A stretch of 64,000 bases of DNA from Desulfurococcaceae archaeon (GTDB taxonomy: Archaea > Thermoproteota > Thermoprotei_A > Sulfolobales > Desulfurococcaceae), in the NCBI GenBank assembly GCA_038888155.1, contig JAWAJB010000003.1:32001-96000 (forward strand), in the 5' to 3' direction. Positions 9,337 to 19,840 of the stretch are shown one piece after another. Position 1 is the first letter of the stretch. Each line of letters opens with the position of its first letter. Made by a program: the position numbers and the translations under genes. The notes beneath the pieces are model-generated. The model had not been told where the DNA came from. It searched no databases and saw only the letters and a list, made by a program, of their open reading frames with translations.

Positions 9337-10371
9337 GCCTTGGGGTACACCCCCCGCGGCATTACCACGCGCGCTGTCTTGGCCACTACTCCTTTATCCA
9401 GCTTAGCTATTTCATCGGCGCTTCTAAGCGCTTTGCTCAGCGCTACCAGCTCTCCCTTAAGGGTGTATAGGGCCACAGTTTTGCCCTTCGCAACGTCGCT
9501 AGTCAACATAGCTACGCCCGGGGCAGCTAAATCCGCTCCGTGAGCTATTGCGTCTACAGCGGAGTCAACTATAACTATTTTGGGTAAATGGCAAGTTGAG
9601 ACCTCAACGGGAAGCACTACTCTCCTCAAGTACCTCTCATCTCCGCTACTTTTCCACAAGTAGACAGCCTCGCTTACCTCTTGGAGAGTAGCTAGGGTTT
9701 CATCCTCCTTGAAGGGCCCAGTCCTAGTTCTCCTGAGCTCCCTCATGTGCGCGCCTACTCCGAGCATGAGTCCTATGTCGTGAGCTAGCTTCCTCATGTA
9801 TGTCCCGGGATCGCAAAGCACTCTGAGCATTACGTGCTTGTCTAGGGCATCCAGCAAATCTATTTTGTATACGCTTCTCACTCTAATCGCCCTCTTCACA
9901 CTTGACCTCAGCGGCGGCCTCTGGTATATTTTGCCCTCGAAGTAGCTAATAGCTTTCTCTAGCTTCTCTCTAGGTGCTGCCCCGTGAAGTTGCACAACCA
10001 TTACGTACTCCTTGACGCTGTGAACAACGCTTCCTATAACTCTCGTGCTGTTGGCTAACCCTATTGGCAGAACGCCTGTTACTCTAGGGTTTCCCCGCCC
10101 CTCAACGGGGCTCTAGGGTCCCCCCGTGCCCAGCCCTTTGAATTCCGAAGATCCTCTTTATCCAGGCAACTACTTCGTGGCTAGTAGGGCCAGGCGGCTT
10201 GTCTAGGTTTATTACTCCAAAGTTGATATGATTAACAGTTTCTCTCTCGTAGGGTAAAGAGCCGTGTTCCGCGCTCGTCTCTGCCTCCCTAACTGCAATC
10301 CAGTCATTAGAGTACCCAGCGCAACTCGTAACCCTATCTAAGAACATAATGCCCCTCTTGGAGAGCTCCAT
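9321..10371 (-). CDS. cbf5: H/ACA pseudouridine synthase Cbf5, spliced (exons 10113..10371 and 9321..10090; 342 aa)
   Basis: LDKPPGPTSHEVV, GHGGTL|DPRVTGVLP after intron removal, GTYMRKL, ELRRTR, PUA domain. Confidence 0.96.
10091..10112 (-). other. 22-nt bulge-helix-bulge intron in cbf5 mRNA
   Basis: AGCCCCGUUGAGGGGCGGGGAA; bulges AG/A and AA/A flank CCCU:GGGG helix; splicing restores GAC codon and reading frame. Confidence 0.93.
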
Positions 10372-10439
10372 GAACTACCCCAAAGTGTAAAAATAGTGCT
10401 TTTATAGAAAATATAGGTTATCTCAGCGTTGCCCCTAAG

Positions 10440-10733
10440 CTAACCTAGAGGAGATAGCTTAGGCTTTACTGCCTCTTTCATGTACTCTACTAGCCCTGCC
10501 TCCTCAACGGCTTTCAGCACTTCCTCGTCGCTAGCTCCCCTCTGCACCTTTAAGACTTTATCCGTAGGCTCTACGTGCTTTACGTTAGCTCTGCGCCTCT
10601 TCACGCCGCTGAGCTGCTTGGGACCCGTTACAACTACGAAGTTCTCGTCTACGATGTCCACTACTACGCACTTCTTGCCAGCTTCTCTACCAGTTAGCTT
10701 TACGCAAACTCTACCGATCTCTATTGCAGGCAT
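10440..10733 (-). CDS. rpl14e: 50S ribosomal protein L14e
   Basis: IEIGRVCVKLTGREAGKKCVVVDIVDENFV. Confidence 0.97.
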   Translation of the reverse strand: MPAIEIGRVCVKLTGREAGKKCVVVDIVDENFVVVTGPKQLSGVKRRRANVKHVEPTDKVLKVQRGASDEEVLKAVEEAGLVEYMKEAVKPKLSPLG

Positions 10734-10757
10734 AAACGCACACCTACCTCTACTTAC

Positions 10758-11294
10758 CTATAGCTTATTGTCTAAGGCTTTTTTAATGATTTCAAATGTG
10801 TTTTTAACGCTTATGCCCTTAGTGTTTACAACGACGTCGAATATGGAGAGGTCGTCAGTGTCTATTCCGTATATTTCCATGAACCTCTTCTTCTGGCTGC
10901 TCTCCCTAACAGCTGTCTCCACTAGCGCTTTCTCTAGGGGGACGCTGTCCCTCGAGGCAATCCTCAAAACTCTCAGCGCAAAAGGAGCTGTTATGTAAAC
11001 CCTGAAGTCCACTAAGTCGCTTACAATCCACGCAGCTAGGTGCCCGTCAATGACAATATCGCTTTCCTTAGCTGCCTCAAAAGTCTTTCTATCTACCTCT
11101 AAGTCAACAGATGAATCTTTTAGGGCAATTGAGCTCAGCTCCTCTAAGCTCAGTCCTCGTTGTTTTGCAATATCCCGGAAAATTCTACCCGCTGAAAAGT
11201 ACTTAAGATTGTACCTCTCAGCTATTATCTTAGCTTGAGTTGTCTTCCCGCTCCCCGGAGGCCCGCTTATGACTATCCTAGCCAAGAAGGACAC
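10758..11294 (-). CDS. cmk: Cytidylate kinase
   Basis: ISGPPGSGKTT, SAGRIFR, RFMEIYGID; conserved position. Confidence 0.92.
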   Translation of the reverse strand: MSFLARIVISGPPGSGKTTQAKIIAERYNLKYFSAGRIFRDIAKQRGLSLEELSSIALKDSSVDLEVDRKTFEAAKESDIVIDGHLAAWIVSDLVDFRVYITAPFALRVLRIASRDSVPLEKALVETAVRESSQKKRFMEIYGIDTDDLSIFDVVVNTKGISVKNTFEIIKKALDNKL

Positions 11295-11332
11295 CTAGGA
11301 CTTAGCGCAGTCGCTCTCGCTGGGGAACAAAC

Positions 11333-11626
11333 CTAGCGTGTCTTGCTGACGAGAGCTCTAGAGGCCTCTTTTAGCCCCCTCTTGAGGCACTGGTGGCAGA
11401 TCATTCCTCCATACGGCCTCTCTGGCCTCTTCTCAGTCTTAGCTAGCTTGCTTACTTGAGAGCTCCTCAGCGCAGGAACTCCCTGCAGCTCTTTGCCGCA
11501 GATAGCGCACTTAGCTCTATCTGGCTTCTCTCCCTCGTAATGCGCACTTAGGGCTCCACTAGGCGTTCGCTTGAGCGCAATCCTCGAAGTCCGCGGTTTG
11601 TACGCCCGTGCAGTCATATCCAACAC
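11333..11626 (-). CDS. rpl34e: 50S ribosomal protein L34e
   Basis: RTPSG, CAICG, KRPERPYGGMICHQC. Confidence 0.96.
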   Translation of the reverse strand: MLDMTARAYKPRTSRIALKRTPSGALSAHYEGEKPDRAKCAICGKELQGVPALRSSQVSKLAKTEKRPERPYGGMICHQCLKRGLKEASRALVSKTR

Positions 11627-11645
11627 CTTGCGCTTTTCCCCTGTT

Positions 11646-12131
11646 CTAATTAGTCTGGGCTCTTAAATTTTTAGCCCCCATCATCTCGGGCTTTATCTCC
11701 TTGGATATTGGGTAGATAACTAGGGCAAACGCCACTAGCTCCACTATGTAAGCGTGGACGTAAGCTGTGTTCATCTCAGCGTCGTATTTTCCGTAAAGTG
11801 GTATGAAAACAGGGCTTTTAACTAGCGGCTCTGGGATAGAGTTGACTAGCGCAGTTGTTGTGAAGAGTATTAAGGAGTATATAGCAATAAAGCCCCCCAC
11901 GTTAATCAAGATGTATATAAGCGTCTTCCTCCTCAGGGCTTTAGCGTACGGTTGGTACTTCCTAGCTCTCCTTATGTCAGCCTTAGAGGATATCTTCTCC
12001 GGTATTCTAGTTGCCTGCTCAATCATCCTCGTCATTTCCTTGTAGAAGCGAGTCCTCTTAGTTAGCTTAGCTATCAGGATGTACAAATACGCGAACCCAA
12101 TGACGTCTACAGTTACTAGAAGGCCGATCAT
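11646..12131 (-). CDS. Membrane protein, divergent DUF106/EMC3-like
   Basis: TM-coiled coil-TM-TM layout at the usual position after secY. Confidence 0.55.
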   Translation of the reverse strand: MIGLLVTVDVIGFAYLYILIAKLTKRTRFYKEMTRMIEQATRIPEKISSKADIRRARKYQPYAKALRRKTLIYILINVGGFIAIYSLILFTTTALVNSIPEPLVKSPVFIPLYGKYDAEMNTAYVHAYIVELVAFALVIYPISKEIKPEMMGAKNLRAQTN

Positions 12132-12134
12132 AGG

Positions 12135-13562
12135 TTACTTCCCAACCATTCTCTTCAGTAGAGGGTACATTTCAAGGGATCTCTCGTAGGCTATTAGCCC
12201 GTAGTACTGTTGCAGTATGCCAACCGCTAATAGAAGCCCTGTGCCAGTTCCATAAGCTCCTAGGACGTCTGAGGTAATAGCTACTAGCGCGACAATTATA
12301 GAGGACAGCACTGTTAGTGGGTATATATACTTCGCGAGAATTTGCTCGAGTATCTTGGGGTTTTTCCTGAAACCTGGGACCTCGAAGCCGCTCTCAATTA
12401 GTTGCCTAGCTTGATTAGCGGGGTTCAGCCCAGCGACTTCAACCCACAGGAACCCGAAAACAATTGCAAGCACTATGACTAAGATGCTGTAGACGATCAG
12501 CCGCCTGGGATCAGCTATAGCGTTGAGCAGGCTGTGGGGAGATGAGAGGAAATAAGCTAGGCCCCCTACAACTCCCCCTCTTTCGTCGTACGTAACTAGC
12601 ATGTCTATCATAAACTCTGGCACAATTCCGCTTAAGTACGTTCTAATAAGCGTTGCGAACACGAGGATGTTGGAGTAGAGTATCCCTATGAACAGTATAG
12701 GTATGTTAGTTACGTATAGAAACTGGAGCGGGATCTTTGATTTAAGGGTGTAAAGCCTCGGCGAGGTTATGGGGATCTCCACCTTTACGCTGTTTAAGTA
12801 CAGGAGAACGAAGATCATGACAAAAGTCGCTATCAACCCCACGAGATCCCTCCCGCCTTGGCGCAAGAAGGTAGAGGAGATATCGCCCCCGCTGGTGAAA
12901 ATAGCCATAATAGACGGCACTAGGCCAATGTACTCGTCTCCAGCCTTCAGGGGGCTTAGCATGCTCCAGAAAACAGTTGTGGCTACTCCAGCCAATATGA
13001 ACAGGGAGATGCCCGAGCCCAGCCCCCATCCCTTTTGGACCATCTCGTCCAATATCATTACAAAGAGAGTGGCAATAAACAGCTGCAGCCCAACGGCTAC
13101 TCTCAGATCCCACCCGGCTGTGCAGTAAAGTATAGGGTTGTTGTAGTTAAACGGCCAGTAGCGGCAGCCGAGAACGTACATCACTGACTGGAACCCAGCT
13201 AGCACTAAGGCTAGGGTCTTTTGTGAGCCAGTGAAAACCTTCCTGTCATCTGGGTCTGTGAGGTCTAAGTCTATTAGCTTAGCTCCAACGAGTATCTGCA
13301 TGACTAGGCCAGCTGTTACAATTGGGCCAATTCCCAGCTCCATCAACGTTCCGCTGTGAGCAGCGAAAACAACTTGTATTAGCAAGAACTGCTGGGGTGC
13401 AACTTGGCTTATACCGTATAGAGGCGTGTGCGCCATTAAGAGGTACGCTAGTAGCGCTAGAAATGTCCAGAGCAGCTTTTCGTATAGGGATACGTGCTTA
13501 GCTGGCTTGGGAGCACTTGGGATGTACTTGGCGAACTCTGCTAGTATTTTTAGCAACCCCAT
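12135..13562 (-). CDS. secY: Preprotein translocase SecY
   Basis: GTLMELGIGPIVTAG, GLGSGISLFI, GTGTGLLL. Confidence 0.98.
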   Translation of the reverse strand: MGLLKILAEFAKYIPSAPKPAKHVSLYEKLLWTFLALLAYLLMAHTPLYGISQVAPQQFLLIQVVFAAHSGTLMELGIGPIVTAGLVMQILVGAKLIDLDLTDPDDRKVFTGSQKTLALVLAGFQSVMYVLGCRYWPFNYNNPILYCTAGWDLRVAVGLQLFIATLFVMILDEMVQKGWGLGSGISLFILAGVATTVFWSMLSPLKAGDEYIGLVPSIMAIFTSGGDISSTFLRQGGRDLVGLIATFVMIFVLLYLNSVKVEIPITSPRLYTLKSKIPLQFLYVTNIPILFIGILYSNILVFATLIRTYLSGIVPEFMIDMLVTYDERGGVVGGLAYFLSSPHSLLNAIADPRRLIVYSILVIVLAIVFGFLWVEVAGLNPANQARQLIESGFEVPGFRKNPKILEQILAKYIYPLTVLSSIIVALVAITSDVLGAYGTGTGLLLAVGILQQYYGLIAYERSLEMYPLLKRMVGK

Positions 13563-13791
13563 TTAAAGCACCACTGATATTACTTTCCTCTAGGTTACTT
13601 AACCTTTTAAACTATTTTAAAGAAATACCAGCCTAAAAGGGACGCTGATCCCTTGGTTTATTTAAATGTATCTCTGCAGAGGCCAGCTAACTCCTTTGCC
13701 TCGAAACAGCAGAGAGCTCTCGCCTGATACCCCTAGGCGGTGAGAACATAAGAGAAACTTAAGGATCTTGAATGAGTAGATAGCTAAAACG

Positions 13792-14253
13792 CTAAGTTCG
13801 GCTTTCTCCCTCTGCGAGAACAACCACTCCTCCAGCTCTGTTGATCTTAGCCTTAGCTATTTCCGATACCTCTTTGGCTATGACCTTCAGGGGCAGAGTT
13901 ACTTTCCCCTTGCCGAGGACCTTGCTGTACCCCATGCTGGCAACATCTATTACTATGAGGTCTCCCTCCCTAGTAGCAGCGTTCTTAGATAGCATCTCTT
14001 GGGCTAGCTCGTTCAACTCACCTACATTCACTACATTGAGGGCTTTCTTTGTTCCCCATACGCTGGTGAACCCGTGCTTACCGTACCAATGGGGGGCGTG
14101 TTTTATCATCCAGACAACCTTGTGTTTGTGGAGACCAACAGCTCCAAATCCCCCCCTTGACCCGCTTTTTCTGTGCTGGCCCACTCTTCCCCAGCCCATT
14201 GTGCGGCTTCTCCCCCGCAACTTGCGGGATTTTCTCTCTTTGCGTACAACCAT
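13792..14253 (-). CDS. rpl15: 50S ribosomal protein L15
   Basis: [24 protein letters not shown]. Confidence 0.97.
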   Translation of the reverse strand: MVVRKERKSRKLRGRSRTMGWGRVGQHRKSGSRGGFGAVGLHKHKVVWMIKHAPHWYGKHGFTSVWGTKKALNVVNVGELNELAQEMLSKNAATREGDLIVIDVASMGYSKVLGKGKVTLPLKVIAKEVSEIAKAKINRAGGVVVLAEGESRT

Positions 14254-14263
14254 ACACTAGCAC

Positions 14264-14761
14264 CTAGATCATGCGCTTAATTAGCTCACCTATATCAGCT
14301 CCGCGGTAACCAGTCTCCCCTCCCTCTCTGTAGGATTTCTTTACCGAGCCTTTAAAACCCCCGCGCGGAGGGCGCAGGCGAAAAACTGGCTTAATAACGC
14401 TCTCTAGCTTGTGTAGGGCTAGCTTGCCGCTGAGGACAGCATCCGCGAGGGCCGGTATGCCCCCTGCTACGCCGAGATCAGCCAATCTCTTATCCACGTA
14501 TTCGTCTGTGAGCCTCTTATCGCCGGGAGTTTTACCCCTAGCGCGGAGCAGGTCTATAAGCGTGTCGCGGTCTATCTCGCCCCAAGTTATCCACTCTTTG
14601 GCCTTCATGAGCATTTCCTCTAGCCCAGGGAGATTAGATGGGTAGACAACGCAGTGGTACTTCTTGTATAAGTGCAGTAGCTTTAAAGTGTGCTCGACAT
14701 CGTACGGGCAGTTAACACTGCCTCGAACCCTGATTATTGCATACAGCTTATTGCGTTCCAT
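14264..14761 (-). CDS. rpl30: 50S ribosomal protein L30 (uL30)
   Basis: AIIRVRG, ITWGEID, FRLRPPRGG. Confidence 0.96.
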   Translation of the reverse strand: MERNKLYAIIRVRGSVNCPYDVEHTLKLLHLYKKYHCVVYPSNLPGLEEMLMKAKEWITWGEIDRDTLIDLLRARGKTPGDKRLTDEYVDKRLADLGVAGGIPALADAVLSGKLALHKLESVIKPVFRLRPPRGGFKGSVKKSYREGGETGYRGADIGELIKRMI

Positions 14762-14769
14762 TTAGAGGA

Positions 14770-15420
14770 TCACCTGTTCCAGTCAGGCGGTGCAGTGAAC
14801 CTGTACGTGCTGTGAAGAGCGTTTACTACAGCCTTCGCGAAGTTAAATGTAGTCCTAGTTTCGCCAAAGCTCTTGGACCAGACGTCCTTTAACCCAGCTA
14901 ACCGTAGCACGACTTTCGCTATGTCTCCAGCTACAAGGCCTGTTCCCTTAGGCGCAGGCTTAAGCATTATAGACACGCTGCCAGACCTGCCGAAAACAGA
15001 GTAGGGCACGGAGTGGGGCTCACCGCACCTACACTCCCAGCTCCCGCAGCCCCGCCTTATAGGGGCTACATTTAGCTTGCCATCTCTAATTGCCTTAGCT
15101 AGCGCCTCTGTGTACTGCTTCGCTTTTCCAGCACCAATTCCAATAAAGCCGTTTTCGTCTCCAACTATAACTATTACTAAGAACTTCGTTCTCCTGCCCG
15201 CATCAGTCATCTTTTGCACTATCTTTGTATCTATCCTCGTGTACTTCAAGTTTGGAAGCAAGTAGTCTACTATCTCGGGCTCCAGCAAGGGCAGGTTTTT
15301 CTCAAATATATCCTTTAAACTGGGCAGTTTTCCCTCTAGGACTAGCTTGCCTGTTTTCGTGCGCGGAGCCCATTTCTCGAGTGCTGCTTTATCTATGGCC
15401 GGTGTAAGTGTGTACGACAT
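14770..15420 (-). CDS. rps5: 30S ribosomal protein S5
   Basis: VQKMTDAGRR, RRGCGSWECRC, PAPKGTGLV. Confidence 0.97.
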   Translation of the reverse strand: MSYTLTPAIDKAALEKWAPRTKTGKLVLEGKLPSLKDIFEKNLPLLEPEIVDYLLPNLKYTRIDTKIVQKMTDAGRRTKFLVIVIVGDENGFIGIGAGKAKQYTEALAKAIRDGKLNVAPIRRGCGSWECRCGEPHSVPYSVFGRSGSVSIMLKPAPKGTGLVAGDIAKVVLRLAGLKDVWSKSFGETRTTFNFAKAVVNALHSTYRFTAPPDWNR

Positions 15421-15425
15421 GCAGA

Positions 15426-16022
15426 TCACCTGTTAGTGCTGTGAGCTTTAATTATGTTGTTCTTAACCTCCTCGAAGTGCTCGGGAAGGCGCTCGGGGTC
15501 TAGCCCCCTACTTAAGTACTCAGAGAAAACAACCTGGGGCGCTCCCGCTTCCTTGAGGGCGCGAGCGTAGTTTGCAATGTGCTTGCCCGCAATTCTCTCC
15601 TCCGAGGGTACCACATCCTTGCTTAGTGGAACCTCTAGCCCGGCGTCGTTTGCCGCCTTTATAGCTGCAAAAACAATAGAGCCCTCTGTTGGGCTGTACA
15701 GTCCAATATCGGGCACTGCATATTTAATTTCTTTCTGGAGGGCCCTTAGCGCTGCGAGGAGGCCCGTTAGATATGCAGCAGGAGTATTAGAGGTCCCTCC
15801 TTTCCACGAGAACTTCGTTGCGAGCTCTCTAGAGTGCGCAGAAGCTAGGACTTGGTCCCCGTTGGGCTTAGCTATCACTACCTGTACCCATAAGTACTTG
15901 TTCGTTTTTCTAACAACAAACCTTGGGTGACCTGATAATATCATTGCATACCTCTTGTAGTAGTTCGTCTTTCCCTCTCGCCTGCGTTTTCTTGGAACTT
16001 TATACTTAGGTCCTCTAGCCAC
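15426..16022 (-). CDS. rpl18: 50S ribosomal protein L18
   Basis: [27 protein letters not shown]. Confidence 0.97.
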   Translation of the reverse strand: MARGPKYKVPRKRRREGKTNYYKRYAMILSGHPRFVVRKTNKYLWVQVVIAKPNGDQVLASAHSRELATKFSWKGGTSNTPAAYLTGLLAALRALQKEIKYAVPDIGLYSPTEGSIVFAAIKAANDAGLEVPLSKDVVPSEERIAGKHIANYARALKEAGAPQVVFSEYLSRGLDPERLPEHFEEVKNNIIKAHSTNR

Positions 16023-16032
16023 TTTAAAGCAC

Positions 16033-16491
16033 CTACTTCACTTCTTTAACTAGCCCCCGCTCCCTCAGGTAGGTTTTCAGGGCTGCGAAAGTGCTGAAGT
16101 AACCGCCCTTTGCCAGCAGGTACAGCTCTCTGTAAGTTCTGCTGTCGATGATCTTCCTATCGCGCAGATACCTTAGGAAGTCGCGCATCTTTCTGATCCT
16201 GCTCACCCAGGCCTCTTTATCCCCTTCTCTAGTGGACTTTGAGCCTCTGCGCTTGCCCTGCCCCCGCCTGTGGCCCCTTCTGCGCTTGAGTTGCCTAGCC
16301 TTGGAGCTGTAGCCTGTTATGCCGTGTTTGGGCTCAACCCAAATGGCTCCGTCCTCTACTAACCTCTTAACGTCCTCTCTCGTTATTGCTTGAGCTACAT
16401 CGCTCGCCCTGGATGGGCTGATCCTAACTCTCGATACCCCAACGCCGAGTATTTCGGCGGCTAAGCGCTTTTGTAGCGTTAAATCAGTCAT
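16033..16491 (-). CDS. rpl19e: 50S ribosomal protein L19e
   Basis: [24 protein letters not shown]. Confidence 0.97.
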   Translation of the reverse strand: MTDLTLQKRLAAEILGVGVSRVRISPSRASDVAQAITREDVKRLVEDGAIWVEPKHGITGYSSKARQLKRRRGHRRGQGKRRGSKSTREGDKEAWVSRIRKMRDFLRYLRDRKIIDSRTYRELYLLAKGGYFSTFAALKTYLRERGLVKEVK

Positions 16492-16919
16492 TTCGAAACG
16501 CCCTTTGCGAGTTCAGTTAGCTTAGGTGGATTCGCCACCTTGAACCCCTTTTCAACGGCTATTTTATATATTTCGATTTTCTTCTTGAGCCCAACTCTCC
16601 TGCCAATGTAAATTATAGACTCAGCGGGACTGTATTTTGAGAGCTCGTTAGGGCTGTGGACAACTACGGGCATTAATCCCCGTGGGTGAAGATCCCTAAC
16701 CACGGCTGGTCCACGGTAGCCTACTTTCACCACGGGAGGGTAGCCCTTAAGCTGGAGCCTTGCTTTGTTGTCTACGCCCTTTGGCTTGCGCCACTTCAAG
16801 TCGTTGCTGAACTTTGGCTTCTTCCACCACAAATACCTTAAGAACTCCGGTTGGCGCTCCTTTGTTTTGCGGCGGAGCTCAAGGTAGTGCTTGAGGTCTC
16901 TCTTGAGTTCAGCGCTCAT
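16488..16919 (-). CDS. rpl32e: 50S ribosomal protein L32e
   Basis: WRKPKGVDNK, VGYRGP, LHPRG. Confidence 0.97.
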   Translation of the reverse strand: MSAELKRDLKHYLELRRKTKERQPEFLRYLWWKKPKFSNDLKWRKPKGVDNKARLQLKGYPPVVKVGYRGPAVVRDLHPRGLMPVVVHSPNELSKYSPAESIIYIGRRVGLKKKIEIYKIAVEKGFKVANPPKLTELAKGVSK

Positions 16920-17470
16920 TCAGCGACACCCCTCTCGTAGATGTATATGCCGTCGCCGAAAATTCGCCTGTCGAGGTCTCTTATTTTAGTGGCCCTTTCA
17001 ATAGAGGAAGCAGTTAGCCCAACTTCCTCGATATCGGCCCCCTCAATTACTATGTCGCTGCCCTCAACGTACACTTTAACGTTGCCGTAAATTCTTGCGA
17101 TGCGATCAGCCTTTTCGCCGAGGAAATTCTTAACCCTTATAACTCTATTTTCATTGTCTACAGCTACTGACATGGGGAAGTGAGAGTATACAATTTTCAT
17201 CTTGTAGCGAAATCCCTTGGTGACGCCAGTAATCATGTTCCTAATGTGAGCAGCTATAGTTCCAACGAGCGCCTTGAGCTTCCTGTCAGCTCTATAGGCC
17301 TCCACTAGTATTTCCCCTTCCTTTAAGCTGATTAAAACCCCCCTCGCGTGAGAGAAATCCCTCTTGACCTCGCCCTTAGGCCCCTTCACTTTAACTTCCA
17401 TCTCGCTCAACTCGACCGACACATTCTCTGGCACTTTTATTGCCTCCAGCAAGTGAATGATCTTAGCCAT
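16916..17470 (-). CDS. rpl6: 50S ribosomal protein L6
   Basis: VKGPKG, YSHFPM, NFLGEK, FGDGIYI. Confidence 0.97.
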   Translation of the reverse strand: MAKIIHLLEAIKVPENVSVELSEMEVKVKGPKGEVKRDFSHARGVLISLKEGEILVEAYRADRKLKALVGTIAAHIRNMITGVTKGFRYKMKIVYSHFPMSVAVDNENRVIRVKNFLGEKADRIARIYGNVKVYVEGSDIVIEGADIEEVGLTASSIERATKIRDLDRRIFGDGIYIYERGVAE

Positions 17471-17488
17471 TGGGGAGCCACCTCATAA

Positions 17489-17890
17489 CTAGTAGCAGTA
17501 CGCAACCAGTATTCCGCCTACTTTGTTTTGAACTGCCTCCCTGTGCGACATTATCCCGTGCGGAGTGGATACTACCAGTATTCCTATGTTGTACGATGGG
17601 AGGAACTTCTTCAGCCAGTTCGGCGGGTTAACTAAGTCCACGTATTTAACTGGATACCTTGGCTTAATAACGCCAATCTTGTTTATTCTACCTAGTAGCT
17701 GTATCCTGATCTTACCCCATCTACCGTCATCAATGTACTCGAACTCCCCAATGTAGCCTTCTTTTTGGAGGACCTTGAGGACGTTGAGAATTAGCTTTGA
17801 GGCAGGCCAAGTCACTACCTCTTTCTTAGCCCTTATCTCAGCGTTGTGTATTGACGCCAAAGTGTTTGCGAGAGGGTCTACAGATACCAT
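17489..17890 (-). CDS. rps8: 30S ribosomal protein S8
   Basis: DPLAN, GYIGEFEYIDDGR, STPHGIMSH. Confidence 0.97.
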   Translation of the reverse strand: MVSVDPLANTLASIHNAEIRAKKEVVTWPASKLILNVLKVLQKEGYIGEFEYIDDGRWGKIRIQLLGRINKIGVIKPRYPVKYVDLVNPPNWLKKFLPSYNIGILVVSTPHGIMSHREAVQNKVGGILVAYCY

Positions 17891-17902
17891 TGCTTCCACC
17901 TG

Positions 17903-18067
17903 CTAGCTGTACTTTTTAAAGCCCATTATGTAGGCTACTTCCCTAAAGCACTGCCTGCATAAATACAAGTTATACGCTTGAATGACAGCGTCCCTAGAGC
18001 CGCATCTCTGGCATACCTGCGCCCCGCGCCCTTGTTTGTTTACTTTTGGTGGTTTGAACTTCGCCAT
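17903..18067 (-). CDS. rps14: 30S ribosomal protein S14 (Zn type)
   Basis: 54 aa, below ORF cut-off: [23 protein letters not shown]...LCRQCFRE. Confidence 0.96.
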   Translation of the reverse strand: MAKFKPPKVNKQGRGAQVCQRCGSRDAVIQAYNLYLCRQCFREVAYIMGFKKYS

Positions 18068-18082
18068 AAGCACACCTTAAAA

Positions 18083-18640
18083 CTAGACTATTTCAACGCC
18101 AAAGAGCCTTTTAAGCAAAACCATAGCCTCTAGCCTGCTCACCCTGTGCCTCCGCGGAATATTAGCTCTCCTAACCCGCCTTCTAGCGACTCTGTAACCA
18201 GGCCTCTCGATCGTTATGCACACGTCCATACCAAATATGCCGACCTCGGGGTCGTACTTCACTTGGGGGATGCGGATGTGCTCTTCAATGCCGAAGCACA
18301 CATTTCCGAGCTCGTCGAAGCTGGATGCCTTGAGCCTGTACCCAATGGACTCAAATGCCTTTCTTAGAAACTCCTCTGCCGCCCTCCTCCTCAAGGTTAT
18401 CTTAGCAGCTATTTGTTCCCCCTTCCTAATGCCGAACTCCTTTATTGTCTTCTTAGCCCTCCTAAATGAGGCCTTTTGGCCTGTAATTTCCTCGAGAACG
18501 CCTGTGACCTTCTTCAACTTCTCGGCGCTAGCTCCTACAGATACATTAACTGTTACCTTAGCTAATCGCGGCTTGAGCATTTGGCTTTTTTCCCACTTCT
18601 TCAAGATCTCTGACTCGGCTTCGTTGCTTACAGCGCTCAT
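18083..18640 (-). CDS. rpl5: 50S ribosomal protein L5
   Basis: KVTVNVSVG, FGIRKG, GIFGMDV. Confidence 0.97.
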   Translation of the reverse strand: MSAVSNEAESEILKKWEKSQMLKPRLAKVTVNVSVGASAEKLKKVTGVLEEITGQKASFRRAKKTIKEFGIRKGEQIAAKITLRRRAAEEFLRKAFESIGYRLKASSFDELGNVCFGIEEHIRIPQVKYDPEVGIFGMDVCITIERPGYRVARRRVRRANIPRRHRVSRLEAMVLLKRLFGVEIV

Positions 18641-18641
18641 T

Positions 18642-19403
18642 TTACCAAGCACCTTCAGGTAGCTTTATCAGGGGGCTTTCCCTCCCAATTGGGAATAAGT
18701 ACTCAATGCTAGTCTGGAACTTGTTTCCGTATTTATCCTCGAGAGTAACAGTGTGCCTCCTCCTCTTGAGTGCTCCGGCCGTTATTTCTACGATTTTGCC
18801 CACTCTGCCGACGTTTTTGCCTCCAATAACTACTGCGAGAACGCCTAGTTGAGCTGGAATGTAATCCAGTATTTTCTTGTCCTTTAGCGAGAGCAGAATC
18901 GTGCCCATTGTCTCGTAGCTATCTTCAACTGGGTTGCGTGGATCAGATACTTTTACTAGTATGTTCCTGCCGTCGTGTAGATTTAGTTGAATATGTCCTC
19001 CCTTAATGGTAGTTTTGTTCTCTATTCTGCACGGCTTAATTCCGGCCTCCTCGCTGGGTATCTTCACGAGCCCAAGCACCTTTGTTAACACTGGGATGAC
19101 TCTGTAGGTCTCAGCTGTTTTAGGTATCTCGACGAGGTCCATCACGCCAACTGGGAACTTGTAGCTCCTCCTCACAACGCCATCTACTTTGAAGTTGCCC
19201 TCAGATATTAGCTTGCGGGCCTCGCCGCTAGTCTTAGCGTACTTAAGTACATCGCGAACTAGGATCAAAAGTGGAATGCATCTATCCAGCGAGTGGGGCC
19301 CTGGAGAGGGCTTAACTGCCCACTTTTTCTCCTTCCTCAGAATAGGCCAGAAAGATGGCGCGGCTAAGGCCTTAAGATGTCTGCTTCCACCCATTTTGCC
19401 CAT
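18642..19403 (-). CDS. rps4e: 30S ribosomal protein S4e
   Basis: HLKALAAP, PSPGPH, QLNLHDGRN. Confidence 0.97.
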   Translation of the reverse strand: MGKMGGSRHLKALAAPSFWPILRKEKKWAVKPSPGPHSLDRCIPLLILVRDVLKYAKTSGEARKLISEGNFKVDGVVRRSYKFPVGVMDLVEIPKTAETYRVIPVLTKVLGLVKIPSEEAGIKPCRIENKTTIKGGHIQLNLHDGRNILVKVSDPRNPVEDSYETMGTILLSLKDKKILDYIPAQLGVLAVVIGGKNVGRVGKIVEITAGALKRRRHTVTLEDKYGNKFQTSIEYLFPIGRESPLIKLPEGAW

Positions 19404-19414
19404 GCATCACACCC

Positions 19415-19834
19415 CTATTGCGCTGATGCCACCTCTTGCTCTTGCTTACTTGAGCTCTGGGCGCCTTTGCGCCTTTCAATGATCTTCAGCCTATACTTGT
19501 CAGAAAGGTCGAGCTTTATGATCATAACTTTGCTTGGGTGCACAGGGTAGTGCACAGGGCTTCCATCTGATTTTTTGCCCTGGACCCCCTCAATAAATAT
19601 CCGCGCTCGCTTTAGATCAACCCTGTTCACTTTGCCTTCGTGTCCCGTAAAACCTCCCCTCATAACCCTCACGGTGTCTCCAGCCCTCACGGGTAGCCTC
19701 TTCACTCCATACTTCTCCCTAAGCTCTCTTGAGAGCTTGGCGTTGAGGAGCTTGTGCTTTAAGTGAAGCGGGCTACCGTGCAGCTGTTTTCTCTGGGCGC
19801 TTGGTTTAGCTGATTCTGTCAACGGCAAAAGCAA
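19415..19834 (-). CDS. rpl24: 50S ribosomal protein L24 (uL24)
   Basis: [20 protein letters not shown]. Confidence 0.96.
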   Translation of the reverse strand: MLLPLTESAKPSAQRKQLHGSPLHLKHKLLNAKLSRELREKYGVKRLPVRAGDTVRVMRGGFTGHEGKVNRVDLKRARIFIEGVQGKKSDGSPVHYPVHPSKVMIIKLDLSDKYRLKIIERRKGAQSSSKQEQEVASAQ

Positions 19835-19840
19835 CCACCA

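Noticed and set aside
13716-13749. Short hairpin followed by ACA between L15 and secY
   Set aside because: Too short and lacks a proper pseudouridylation pocket
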